A stretch of 64,000 nt of DNA, taken from positions 13,050,633 through 13,114,632 of the forward strand of contig OZ037769.1 in NCBI GenBank assembly GCA_964035545.1, read 5' to 3'. Both the position numbers and the translations under genes were made by a program. Source of the stretch: Bugula neritina (taxonomy: Eukaryota > Animalia > Bryozoa). Shown here piece after piece: positions 26,166 to 38,800 of this stretch. Below the pieces are notes generated by a model that ran no database searches, had not been told where the DNA came from, and was given only the letters and a program-made list of their open reading frames with translations. The stretch's first letter is position 1, and every line of letters begins with the position of its first letter.

Positions 26166-26181
26166 GGCCCTTTTCAGGGCC
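26166..26181 (+). terminator. Histone 3' stem-loop (H4)
   Basis: AAC-GGCCCTTTTCAGGGCC-AACCA. Confidence 0.95.
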
Positions 26182-26572
26182 AACCATTCATACCAAAGTG
26201 TATTGTTCATTAATCAAGCCTACTATTTTGCAATATTATATATTATATTACACGCAAATCTGAGATATAGCCTCTAATAATTGTAAAGTCTGGCTTTAAA
26301 GCTGGAATTGGATTCCTGAGTGTGCAGTGTTAATTGCAGTAACTGATAGACGTAATATATAATTATAGTAGGCTCGCAGTCTAGTTGATCATGATGTAAT
26401 AAGTACGATATACCAAGTCAAAGTAGCAGAGAGCACACTCCAGCTAATGATTATAATGTCACAGTAGTTAAATTACTTTGCCTAATGAAGTTAAATAAAA
26501 CCATAATGTTTCTTATACTTATATTCAATGCATTTAATCGTAGTTAAAGAACAACTCTTGATACAATTTGGT

Positions 26573-26588
26573 GGCCCTGAAAAGGGCC
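26573..26588 (-). terminator. Histone 3' stem-loop (H2B)
   Basis: GGCCCTTTTCAGGGCC-ACCA on the minus strand, with HDE-like CAAGAG downstream. Confidence 0.95.
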
Positions 26589-26614
26589 GTTGGGGTTTAG
26601 TTTTCCATTGTAGT

Positions 26615-26983
26615 TTATTTTGAGCTGGTATATTTCGTGACAGCTTTGGTTCCCTCAGATACTGCGTGCTTGGCAAGTTCTCCGGGGAGAATCAATCTTA
26701 CTGCCGTTTGCACTTCACGGCTAGTTATTGTCGATCTCTTGTTATAATGAGCCAGTCTTGATGCTTCGCCAGCAATTCTCTCAAACACATCGTTAACGAA
26801 GCTGTTCATGATGCTCATCGCCTTTGAAGACACACCTGTGTCTGGATGAACCTGCTTTAAGACCTTGTAGATGTAGATTCCATAACTTTCCTTTCTTTTT
26901 CGTTTTTTCTTCTTGTCACCAGTGCGGGCAGCTTTGGCTTTGCCAGCCTTCTTGGCACCTTTTGAGTTAACTTTAGGAGGCAT
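26615..26983 (-). CDS. H2B: Histone H2B
   Basis: Intronless 122-aa H2B ([20 protein letters not shown]...[10 protein letters not shown]). Confidence 0.99.
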   Translation of the reverse strand: MPPKVNSKGAKKAGKAKAARTGDKKKKRKRKESYGIYIYKVLKQVHPDTGVSSKAMSIMNSFVNDVFERIAGEASRLAHYNKRSTITSREVQTAVRLILPGELAKHAVSEGTKAVTKYTSSK

Positions 26984-27037
26984 GTCTCTTCCAAACTAGA
27001 ACGCTAATGTAGGATGGAGCGCTGTAGGAATACATGT

Positions 27038-27067
27038 GTTTATATTTCAAATTTTATGCAAATGAGG
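27038..27067 (-). promoter_or_regulatory. H2B box: octamer ATTTGCAT next to the TATA box
   Basis: Minus strand reads CCTCATTTGCATAAAATTTGAAATATAAA (octamer at 27056-27063), with CCAAT at ~27085. Confidence 0.7.
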
Positions 27068-27266
27068 TAGTTCTAAACATTTCATTGGACAAGTGTACGC
27101 TCGTTCTAGGTCGAACTACGTTGGTTAGAGAAATCCTACCAAGACGTCCGTTTATTACAAATGTCTTTGATTGGACAGTTTCTAACTACCATGATTGTGT
27201 ATAAATACGAAGCGCGTCAAAGTTGTCTATCACAAAGTTTGCACAACAAAATTAATCGCGTCAAAT

Positions 27267-27644
27267 ATGACTGGAAGAGGAAAAGGAGGCAAAGCAAAGG
27301 GTAAGAGCAAGACCAGGTCTTCAAGGGCTGGTTTGCAGTTTCCAGTTGGAAGAATTCACCGTTTGCTCAGAAAAGGCAACTATGCCGAAAGAGTGGGTGC
27401 TGGTGCCCCAGTTTACCTGGCAGCTGTAATGGAGTATCTAGCTGCTGAGGTACTCGAGTTGGCAGGAAACGCTGCCCGTGACAACAAGAAAACACGAATA
27501 ATTCCCCGACATCTGCAACTAGCCATCAGGAACGATGAAGAATTAAACAGACTCTTGGGAGGCGTCACCATAGCTCAGGGCGGTGTCTTGCCTAATATCC
27601 AGGCTGTACTGTTGCCCAGCAAGACCAAGAAAGCTGCTGCCTAA
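27267..27644 (+). CDS. H2A: Histone H2A (125 aa; LLPSKT tail)
   Basis: True ATG at 27267 (MTGRGKGGK...), canonical histone fold, TATAAATA at 27200 and a stem-loop downstream. Confidence 0.98.
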   Translation: MTGRGKGGKAKGKSKTRSSRAGLQFPVGRIHRLLRKGNYAERVGAGAPVYLAAVMEYLAAEVLELAGNAARDNKKTRIIPRHLQLAIRNDEELNRLLGGVTIAQGGVLPNIQAVLLPSKTKKAAA

Positions 27645-27668
27645 ATACTAAAACTACCCAACCCCAAC

Positions 27669-27684
27669 GGCCCTTTTCAGGGCC
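27669..27684 (+). terminator. Histone 3' stem-loop (H2A)
   Basis: AAC-GGCCCTTTTCAGGGCC-ACCA, with HDE-like CAAAGAG downstream. Confidence 0.95.
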
Positions 27685-27819
27685 ACCATATCTTTTCAAA
27701 GAGTGTCTCAATGTGGTTGCTTCAATACATTTATATCTAATTGTTCCAGTTTACTCAATCTCTCAATCTCATAGATGTGCCCATAACTCTAAAGTCGCAA
27801 AACATTTTGCTCATTTAAA

Positions 27820-29490
27820 CATACACCTGTTATTTCTGTTTATATATAAGTATTATAGGAGCCTGCATTTTCATCTTTTCTGCATATTATAGCTTTACTT
27901 ATACTGGGTGCATGGCCAGCTGCTCATCGGATTGCTAGTTGCTAATAATTGGAAACTGTGAATCAAATTGGTAGTGAAACCAGTGGAGAAGTTGCATTAG
28001 TCAGTTATTATGTAGTATGAGCCCCAAACCAAAATTCAATCAGTAATACAATAAAAGAACTTGGGTTATCTCAATAACTTCTCTATAATTGCTCCTGCAA
28101 GTGGCAAGTACTATAAACAGCACTATGGTTAAAGCTGTTTAACAAAACCTCAACTGCAGTGTATTCAAAACAACCAGTTGGCTTTCCTAATTTCCAAAAA
28201 GCCACCACAAGCAGTGTTAACTCCTGCATCATGTATTGGAGTTATTTTACCACCTTTTATTTCCCCTTTTCACACCAATCAAAGCACTAGTGGCCAGTGA
28301 TGTGTACTTTTCAAAAGCTTTTTCATTGCATTGGTAACAGATGTACTGCACATTGTTTCATCAAGCATATTCTACAGAATGGTGAATGCAAATACCAATT
28401 CTGCAGGGCAAATGGTTGAGTTCAAACTGCTCTCAAAGTGCACAAATAAACAAGAAACTTACAGTAATGGTAGAAGGATACAACAAATATCGAAGGTTAG
28501 ATAAGCAAAGACCAAATTTTCAAGGGGGGAAGGGGCGGGTATAAGCCTCATTAATGTACAATATATATCAATTGTTTCTGGTATCTAATTTTATACTTAG
28601 CATATAATGTGACATCATTTATCACGGTAAATTTAAAACAGAATAATATCAATTACTTTTACACAACAAGCAAAACATATAATCAAAAGTTGAAATCGTA
28701 GCATGTATATGATGCATAACATGTGTGAATTGGTCATTAGTAGGTCAAGGTCAATTAGTGAGGCCATTGAAGATGCTTCTTCTTGGTCTAGATTGAAAAA
28801 ATAGCTTGCAAAACTTGTAGCATGCAGTTTCCTTCCAACAAATAGCGAGAGTACTTCAGAAATGCTCATGTTAAACAATGCCATCGTTGCAAGCATTGAG
28901 GTCCAGTGTAGTGTAGCTTATATGCTACATTTTGTAAAATCAAAACAAACAAACATATCAACAAAACGCAATCTAATTTCAGTTTAAAAGGTACCTAGTG
29001 AAAGGTTAAACACAGAAAAATTTTTTTGCTAATGCCTTTTTTGGCTTGGGCTTAACAGGGTTATAAAGCCACAGCATCAGTGATCGAAAACATTGAATTA
29101 TATTATATTTTAATATTTCGTATATTTATACTGACAACTTTCAACAATGTAATTGATGAGTTGCTCTTCAAAATTAGTATACAAGAGTAATTATCTCTCC
29201 ACTGTCTACAGGTCAGCTGACAAACTGTACACTGTAGAGACACTGGAAGTGCCACCAACTCTTGTTACAACTCTGAAAGAAAAGCTGAACTCGGCATGTA
29301 TTCAAGACAACCAGTTGGCTTTCCTAATTGCCAACCAACCAGCTGCTGTGAGCAGTGTTAACTCATGCATTATGTATTGGAGTTATCTTACCACTTTTTA
29401 ATTTAACTCTCTGCACCAATCAATGTACTTGACCAGTGCATGTCCGGTATACTTTTGAAAAACTTTCCCATTGCACTTTTATTAGATGCA
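27820..29490. repeat. Locally duplicated diverged segments
   Basis: 28150-28350 resembles 29285-29490. 27820-27985 resembles 34947-35045 and 35200-35335. Confidence 0.6.
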
Positions 29491-30116
29491 CACATGAATT
29501 TGAGAACACAGAGTACAACTATGGTACTCATCGAAAAAAAAACTATTAATGATGCCATCAATTATTTTTGATACTAAGAGCTGTAAAAGTTACTCCTGTT
29601 AGAAATTCTATGTATTCAACAGCACCTATAACATGCTTCTGTAACTTTTTAAATTTCAACATATAATTTTAAAATATCTTGCACCATCTTTATACTACCA
29701 TACTATTCAACAACGTTATTGCTGGGCTATATTTTGTAAAAGCTGGTAATTTTGTTGGTTAACACAGAACTGTTAAATAAGTTCAGACTCTTACCAACTT
29801 AATCCTTTTGTTGCAAACTCATTTAATTGTTTTCTTGTTATTTTATGCATGTACAACTGTTTCAAAGAATGGCTTTTTGTTAACGCTCTAGCTCATGGGT
29901 GCTCAACCTTTTTTGGGAAAAGGCCGTAAAAAAATTATAGCCACCAAAAAGGCCACTAGAAAGTTTAGTGTCAATTCCACTTTCAAACCCCCCCCCCCAA
30001 CCGACATATTATTAATGAGAGACTATTTTCGCATTTGAGATGCATTTATTTGTTATGAAAAATAAATCCAGGAAAATAACCTGATTTGTTCAGGCCAGTA
30101 AGCATATTTTTGTACA

Positions 30117-32180
30117 TTAATGAGAAGGCTGGCACTGAACAGAGCTTAATATGTTTTGATAATCTGGCTCAATGTCCGATGCCGATATGTGAAGGAGATC
30201 AGCCAGATGGGAGTCCGTTAGCCTCGATCTAAATTTGCTTTTGGCATACCCCATTCGAGAGAATAGCTGCTCACATCGATATGTGCTAGCAAACATGCTG
30301 AGAAATCTGGCAGCAAAACTCCTGATCCTTGGGTAGTAGGTTGGAGGTAGGCTTTGGTATGCTTTGAGCAGGTCTTGGTCGGGTGCGAAGAGAGGAGCAT
30401 AAACCAGATCATTTTTCAGTTGAATGACCTCTATTTGCAAGTGACGAGGTACGTTGACTTGGAGTATTGCTGAAAAAGCAGAGATATCGTCCTTGATATT
30501 TTTGAAGTCCATGAATCTATTCTCAAACTCGCCTTTCAGTTCTGATAAAATAGTTTTATAACGATTAATAACTACAAAATCCTCTTCAAGTCCAGGACGT
30601 CCTGCCAGTGTTGGAAAGCTCTCTCGGTCAACGTAATATTTATCCAACTCCTCTATCCAAAGCTCCAACATCCCGTCAAATCCACCACATAGTGATACAG
30701 GTCAGATATTAGCTTGTCCTTGCCTTGCAGTTTTGTATATAGGTCATTGAGATGAGTGAGTATGTCAACAAGGAATGCAAAGTCATTCAAAAATTCTGAA
30801 TCTCTGAACTCAGGTAGCTCTCTACCATGACTTTCACAAAAGTTAAGAATCTCTGTTTGAAGCTTGTATGCTCTTCCTATCATTTTTCCCTTTGACAACC
30901 ATCGCACCTCTGCAGAGTACGGAATATCTTCATACTCTGCTTGTAAATCATCAAGAAATTGTCGAAATTGTCAATGTTTCAGACCTTTTGATCTGATGTA
31001 GTTTACGGTTTCTTTCACAACCTGAAGAACGTTGTCCATCCTGAGAGTCTTAGCTGCAAGATTCTCCGGATGAATAATGCAATGGAATGCAAGAGGCAGA
31101 GGATTGATTTTCTCCTCTCTTATTTTGTTAAGTAGCAAGGTGGTGAAGCCATTCCTTACACCATTCATAGATGGTGCCCCATCTGTTACAATAGCACTGA
31201 GTTTGTCGAGAGCCAAATTTTTAGTCTCTATGGTGGCCATGACTTCATTGTAAACATCTTTACCTGTAGTGGTGCTCTTCATGCTTCGTAAAGCTAAGAG
31301 ATCCTCAGTGACAATGAGATTGTTGTCTACGCCTCTAATAAATATTGACAGCTGTGCTGTGTCCACTTTATCAATTGACTCATCAAGTGCTATGAAGTAA
31401 GCTAAAAATTCCTTCATCCTGTTTGCCAACTGAGCCTGGATATTTGCACTCAACTGCTCAGTTCGACGTGTTATTGTAGGTCGAGACAGGAAGATTTTCT
31501 GAAAAACCTGCTTAGCTTGCTCATTATCACACATAGTGTCAGCTGCAATTTCAATGTATTCCTTGATAATTTGACCATCCATGAACGATTTGCCTGGGAA
31601 ATAGAGAATGAGTCTTATAAGTATATAAAACTTAGTTACATGGTGAAAAATAATTGCCCCCTTCTGGGAATCAAACTCGAGACCTCTGGCTTGCAAGCCA
31701 GTGTGCTAACCATTACACCACGGGGACCACTGGGTAAACTCAACACTACACATGGTTTGAATTAGAATTAAATTTGCTGAGAAATATACTGTAATGAAAT
31801 GCATATAAATCCAAAAATTAAAACTTAGCTTACAAAACTTGCCTTTTTTGTTTATGAGGTACGTTATCTTTGAACCAACTAGCAGTGCTTTCTTGTTGTC
31901 ATCTGTCGGCCCTCTCATCATTGATTGTTGTCTCTGACGACTACTTATTAAAGAGGCCACTCTTTCTTTCCTAAACTCTGGATTCATTTGATTATAAGTT
32001 TGACCATGTTTTATCTCATAATGAGACTTTGCATTCGATCGTTTCATAATTTTTACTGTGGTGTTGCATTCAAGGCAAAGCATCCCGCCTGCAGGCCGAG
32101 GTACCATCAGGAATTCTTCTGTCCAAGCATCATTGAACTGCCTGTTTTCCTGCACTACAGTTCTCGCTCGTTTGCTCATG
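30117..32180 (-). pseudogene. GTF2IRD2/SPIN-like hAT transposase pseudogene, 2 exons
   Basis: Zinc finger (CLEC...HYEIKH), ALDES, VTDGAPSM, HCIIH, VRWLS, TYRCEQLFS and CQPSH*. GC-AG intron at 31842-31594, premature TGA at 30971-30973 and a frameshift near 30665. Confidence 0.9.
31650..31728 (-). repeat. tRNA(Gln)-like unit (family A) inside the transposase intron
   Basis: GGTCCCCGTGGTGTAATGGTTAGCACACTGGCTTGCAAGCCAGAGGTCTCGAGTTTGATTCCC followed by a T-run. Confidence 0.7.
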
Positions 32181-32200
32181 CTGACAGTTTGGTTGCTAAT

Positions 32201-34643
32201 AGGGGCTTTTCACAAGCCCTCTGGGGACATTTGTATTTTGAAGTTGTCTCCTCCCAGAAGGGCGAAGTGTAGTCTCCATGATTTATAGAACAAGCACATA
32301 AAATCAGTAAAAATTTAAGGTTTGTGTGAAGACTATTGCTAGTACCAGTTTCATTTTTTCTGAGATTAATATTTTGGCATAAGCACACAGGTTAGCAGTT
32401 CCAGAAAATTTTTAAAAACTTTCTTTCTTCAAAAATCTTGAGAAAAATTAACTTCAAAGCATGTTTGTGGTTTTGGTTACTGCATGAGCAAGCTGAATTG
32501 GCAACTATGAGATAAGTCCCATTAATCATTTGTTATGCTGGCTGTCATATTCAATTTATAGCTGTTGACCTTTCAACTCTTTGGTCAGAATGTGCTGTTA
32601 ACACAGTGTTAGAGCACTGCTACTCTGCTAGTGCACTGAATGAGACAGCAGATTAGCTGTGTTAGCATTTTCATTACACTTATGCTATGAGAATAGCTAG
32701 ACTATAACCTCAACATCCATCATTTTCACAAAAAGCATTTTCACAAAGCTATAGATATATATTAAATAGACAGATTAAATTTGTAGTATAGAACGAATAT
32801 GAAATGTGCTTTGATACATGTCGGTTAATTTTCTAATAGGCCTACAGGTTAAATGCATCTATTGCAATTGTAACAATTGTGCTCAAATAAATATATATCT
32901 AGATAATTTAATCAGAAACCGAGATAGCCTTTTAGCAGTTGGCATTCAGGCCCTTGGGTTACATGCAGCTTTGTTATTTCTTAATTATACCTGTGGCTTG
33001 TAGCATTTAGGAGCATGCAGTAGTGAAGAAATTGAGATAGCCTAAGTTCTTTAACTTTCTTTACGAATGTTGGTGTTGCGTATAACACAACTTTTTTGCT
33101 ACATTTCTAATCTAGAAAAAAGGCTTTTCTCAATTTCTCCATTAGTACTGCATCTACCTTGTGTGTAGTAGTCATCTCCGTCAACTGCAGTAGATTCAAG
33201 ATCCTAGTTAATGTATGGTAGGTTAAAGTATAGTTATATAATAAAATGGATATACAATATAAAATAGGTAAACTAAGCTAATCACTACTGCACCTGAAAG
33301 CCCAAGTTTCCCAACTCATCAAATTGCAGCATAAACTGAATTCTCTGACAATTACTTTAGAAGGAAATTCTGGTTGAAAAGTATTAAGCAGATTCTTACA
33401 AGTGAAGCAGTGAAAGCATGTTGATAAAATTGGGTAATTAACATTTTGCTTGGGTTTTCAGTTAAACTGTTTAATGTTATAGCTCCTCAACTTTTCATGC
33501 TTCAAATATCATGAGCTAGTGTTATTGACACTCAACTGCAGTTATACAACTAGCTTGGCTGATCCCATGGATCACAAAATGTTATAAAATATAAAGCCTT
33601 TCTTAAATTTGAGACTCATATTTGAATGACATAAAATTTTAGAGTGTGGCTATAAGTCACGACAGCACCAATTAGAATATTACAGGTATTATCTTAAAAT
33701 AGGCATGCGCGAGGATATGTAAGTTAAAATCAAGTATAACATTTCAATATAAATCTTTTAAATAAAACTATTAGACCTGTTGTAAAATATGCAATGAAGA
33801 TTTAGAGCAGACAAAATATTTCAAGATGGATCGATACTGAATAAAAAGATGCCTGCCTAAATATAAAGTATTTTTAATAAATTTTTGCATAAACTGAGCT
33901 TTGCTTTTCTTGGTAATATTTTTCTTTTAAAGAAGTTTTAGCCATAACATGAAACTATGTAAAGCATTTACGGTCCTTTGAACATAATGTAGCACAAACT
34001 CTTCAAAGTGTAATTAAGTGCACATGCTATCACGCATCATTTTGATACTACAAATTTAATCTGTCTATATTTAATATATATCTATAGCTTTGTGAAAATG
34101 CTTTTTGTGAAAATGATGGATGTTGAGGTTATAGTCTAGCTATTATCATAGCATAAGTGTGTAAGTGTAATGAAAATGCTAACACAGCTAATCTGCTGTC
34201 TCATTCAGTGCACTAGCAGAGTAGCAGTGCTCTAACACTGTGTTAACAGCACATTCTGACCAAAGAGTTGAAAGGTCAACAGCTATAAATTGAATATGAC
34301 AGTCAGCATAACAACTGATTAATGGGACTTATCTCATAGTTGCCAATTCAGCTTGCTCATGCAGTAACCAAAACCACAAACATGCTTTGAAGTTAATTTT
34401 TCTCAAGATTTTTGAAGAAAGAAAATTTTTAAAAATTTTCTGGAACTGCTAACCTGTGTGCTTATGCCAAAATATTAATCTCAGAAAAAATGAAACTCGT
34501 ACTAGCAATAGTCTTCACACAAACCTTAAATTTTTACTGATTTTATGTGCTTGTTCTATATATCATGGAGACTACACTTCGCCCTTCTGGGAGGAGACAA
34601 CTTCAAAATACGAATGTCCCCAGAGGGCTTGTGAAAAGCCTCT
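32201..34643. mobile_element. Non-autonomous foldback element with ~590-bp TIRs (ISL2EU/Harbinger-like by termini)
   Basis: 32201-32789 is the near-identical reverse complement of 34045-34643. Termini AGGGGC...GCCTCT with AT on both sides. Inserted ~20 bp upstream of the hAT transposase ATG. Confidence 0.8.
33004..33158. mobile_element. ~155-bp MITE (family C)
   Basis: Inverted arms GAAATTGAGATAGCCT / AGGCTTTTTCTCAATTTCTCC. Copies at 47369-47537 and a decayed copy at 27985-28097. Confidence 0.65.
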
Positions 34644-35861
34644 ATTGACTAATGCTAATAGTCAGCTAATGATCAACCAAGCATAATGATGAAAAAATGG
34701 GGATTCTCCTTGTCTTCACCATCATCCAGATTTTTCAAGTTTGTCAGTCATGATTCATATAATAGTAAACTTAGGAATTCCAGATTGATAGCAATCTTGA
34801 CTGCCTTATTAAAAATCAAAATTCAACAAGGATTGAAACTGAACAAAAATTTTATTTTTAACAAGAGGCCAAAAGGCCACATTTACCAGCCCAAAAGGCC
34901 GCCAAAAGTCAAAAGGCCGCAGGTTGAGCATCACTGATCTAGACTAATACCTGTTATTTCTTTTTATAAGTATAGGAACCTGCACTTCCATCTTTGTATT
35001 TAGATATTATAGCTTTACTTATATTGAGTTCATGACCAGCTGACTGAAAACTGTACCTAGCTAGTATTTGAGCAATATATTCAAGGAAAACTTATTGGAA
35101 TATCTCACGATGTCTTTAAAATATAATTAGGCCACAGCATATATAAAACATGTTCCTAATAAGACTTGCCTGGTGTTTATTTTTATAAGCATATCTAGGT
35201 CGGAACCTTCGCTTTCACCTGTATCTGCAGATATAGCTTACTTATATTGGATTCATAACTAGCCGTATGGATTTCTAGTTGCTGACATTTGGAAACTGTG
35301 AATGGATTTGCTAGTGTAACCAGTTCAGAGGTTGTAAATACTATGTCATATGAGTATTTTTCATGAGCATTTCTGATATGCCCAAATAATCTTCATAATT
35401 ATAACAAGGTTTATTATGGTTACAAATCAATACAGCCAGTTGCTTAATTTACAAGGAATAAACAATTTCAAAAATATTATGTGCTAGCCAAAACAATCAC
35501 TCCTATAATACATTTTTGACACCAATTTCAACTTTATTATAAGTTTACTGGAATAATACTCAAGGATGTCCAAAACTCAAGCATAAAGAGTTGTCTTTCT
35601 ACAACCCATCAACGCCGAGACTTTTTAAAAAAGTGCTTCTCTACGGCGATCATCATATTTAAATCACTCCGTCACCCGCAACAGCATACTTTGTTGCTAC
35701 TTGACGCCGGCTCTACAGAAAGTTGTGCTTCCATTCAAGTAACCATGACTGTTCCTACTGACAGCTCCAGCATAAATTTATATTGATAATTCAGCTAAAT
35801 TGCATACTTTGCGTGTTCGTCGTATTATTGCAAATCTAGCCGTTAGATTAATTTATTGAAA

Positions 35862-38800
35862 ATGAATTTTTCTGCTCCAGAACAAAAAATTAATTTAGCC
35901 ACCTTACAGCATAAAGATCCTTTCATCACTAACATCAGGGCTAATGCAAAGCACGTTAATCTTTACACTTACAAAGCTGAAGCGAACGAATGGGTAAGCT
36001 CACTATGACTATGACTATGACTATGAGTATGACTATGACTAACTCTAACTCCAAGTGTCAGTGTGTAGCTTACTTGTAGAACTAGAACTCAACTGCTGCT
36101 AGCGTTGTAACTTATTGTCTTGCGCATATTGTTTATGGGCTGATAGATGGGTATAATAATAATTATAAATAAATGAAAATTCAAACAATCTTTAAGTTTA
36201 TCTACTTGAATCGTTTTACTTTTAGTTTTAATTTTATCATTATTTAGTGTGGTTATTATGATTATGAGTATTACTATGACTATGATAATATTTGTACTTA
36301 TGACGTTGTATACGGAACTTGTAATGATGATTAATAATCATAATTGTCATCACTTCAATGTTAAACTTGAAGTTTAGTTGTTGTCATTATGATTACCGTT
36401 ATGATTAAAGTAAAAGTTTCCTATGGTTGACAGTGAGTGATTATCACCATGGTTATGGCTGTCATTGTCATTATAGACATGACTAGGCTCCACAACCTCA
36501 GACACTATCATTATGATTATAATTAATAAGTTATGGTTATATAAAATATAAACCATCATTATTTGTCCAATCAGTATCACTATAACTATCAATATTATTA
36601 AATTTACCACTTTGTAGTTATTATATTATTATTATTGATAGTGATATTATCAATTTATGATTATATATTTTTACTTACAATAATGCTAGTTTGTTGCTCA
36701 TGACTTAGTATATGATGATGGTGCTACTTAATATGCATCATCCATTGAACAACTTCAAAATTTTTTAAGCAGCTTTGGTGATGCATGTGATTATTTTTGG
36801 TATTTGCATAAATCTAAAATACTGTTTCCTCGCCACAATCTTGTGGGATCCATTTTGTTAGTCTGAGCTCTCGGATGTCGAGAAGTTCTACTCTAGCCAA
36901 AAACCCAGCAGTTAATCAGGAAATTTAGTAATAGCACTAATGGTACAAATTCATTGTCAGAAGTGATGAATTGTTAGTCTGTACCTAGCGGTCATTAGAA
37001 ACTTGCAGTTAGCTGTCTACATGAATTCTGTAACATAATTGCAACATTGATAAAGAGCTAGATGAGTTAAGATCAAATTTTGATTCTTTAAATTCTACAA
37101 TAATAATGAAGTTGTGATAATTAAATGCTAGTTGTTATTGTTTGTAGGAAAAGACCGACATCGAAGGAGCTCTATTTGTATATGAACGGTTAGTATGCCA
37201 TATGCCTTTATATTTGCAAAGCATTTCATGCTGTTATAAAGTTGGTATTTCAATAAAGCAATTGTTGAATTTAATACCAATACAACTTTTATTTTAATTC
37301 AACTAGTTAAATAACATGGCTTCAAACTTCAGCTTTGAAAGGATCATATAGACTATCAAGTAGTTGGTAGTATTAGTAGCTCGATTTGATTGTACAAATT
37401 GTGCTTCCATCTATTTCTCAAAACTTTTCAACACAGGTGCTGCTGTTTTTGAGTGAATTGTTCAATATAAAAATGACTCTTTTTGTCTGACTTTATTGTA
37501 TTTTTACTTACTTTAGATCGGCACCTCCTTTGTATGGTTTCATGATATTGAATCAACACGGGACAAATAACTTTGTGCAGCCCGTAGACGCAAATCTTGA
37601 ATTCCAGCTGCAGGTGCCCTTTCTCTTATACCGAAACTACCCGCGTAAGTGTATAGTTTTGTGGATTCTTACCTTTCCTTGCATATTCTGTGTGCTAAAG
37701 CTGGGTGGATGGTTGTTGTTGAATAATGCCATTGGCCACTATACACACACTTGTTGGCTGATTACTTTTTAGATATCTACGGTATTTGGTTTTACGAAGA
37801 GAAAGTTGGGAAGGCCATTACTGATCATTTGCAGAGGTAAGTATGTTCACATTTTCCTGTTTATCCGGGTGGGTTGGTTTCTGCTCTGCTCTGCTGTTTA
37901 CATTATATTCTCTGGTTTACACAAATAATTACTCACTAAATTCAAAATATTTAAAATGGTGAGTTAGTCAGTGAGTAAATAAAATTTCAGCGAAGTTTTA
38001 ATCTGACAAAATCTATTTAACTGATGCTACTAATTGCTAAAATTAATAATAACATAGTAAATGATTTCAATATATTTCGCTGTATATTGTGTTAAACTTT
38101 ATATTTTGGGACATATATTATGTAACACTGTATATTTTCTATCTTTACATTTTATATAATATTGTATACCACTGGCTTTCTATATTGTATGCTATGTGAT
38201 ACTATTTTGTAATATTGCATATTATGCAGTATTGCATATTATGTAATGACATATTATACACAATATAATAATGTAATATTATACATACTATATATCACAT
38301 AATTTTATGTAATACTATGTAATGGAATCTTGGGACAGGCTGGTGATGGCATGCAGAGAGGAATTGATGCGTAAAAAGGCCTCGAGTGACTCGAGTCACG
38401 AGAAAAAAGCAGATGCACAGCAGACAACCCGCAAACCCCAACAAATAGACATCATACAGATGTTGAATAAAGCGCAGCTGGAGTTTTCAGAGGTGGGTGT
38501 TTGATTGGTTAGTCAAGTAGGAGGGTGCGGCATACGTAGTATGCAGTGTAATACTTGTGTTCGATGCACTGTTATTTGTAATGCTGTATTTTATTATATT
38601 ATTTAATTATTATTTACATTATTTTATATCACTATAATATACTAACAATTTAAATTCTTTCGATAAGCTGCTTATGTGTCTTTATCACTACAATAAAGTT
38701 GGGTTTATACCTTCACGATTTTCAGTCAGAAATTCAATTTGGCCGAGTTGAAATTTCTCCGAGATGCATTGCATTGTAAAAGCCACTCGTAAAAATTTGT

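Larger units (their letters stand above)
29894..34936 (-). mobile_element. hAT (Buster/Charlie/SPIN-type) DNA transposon with nested insertions
   Basis: Imperfect TIRs CATGGGTGCTCAACCT (29894) and AGGTTGAGCATCACTG (34921-34936), subterminal AAAAGGCC repeats at both ends, and flanks CTCTAGCT / ATCTAGAC (NTCTAGNN target typical of this group, not a perfect TSD). Confidence 0.85.

Noticed and set aside
27195-27266. N-terminally extended 149-aa H2A
   Set aside because: The ORF-track start is a non-ATG codon overlapping the TATA box; the real ATG is at 27267.
32176-34686. Twin ORFs MCLCQNINL... (32176-32388 and 34456-34686) as duplicated genes
   Set aside because: They lie in the two arms of the foldback element, have non-ATG starts and show no domain.
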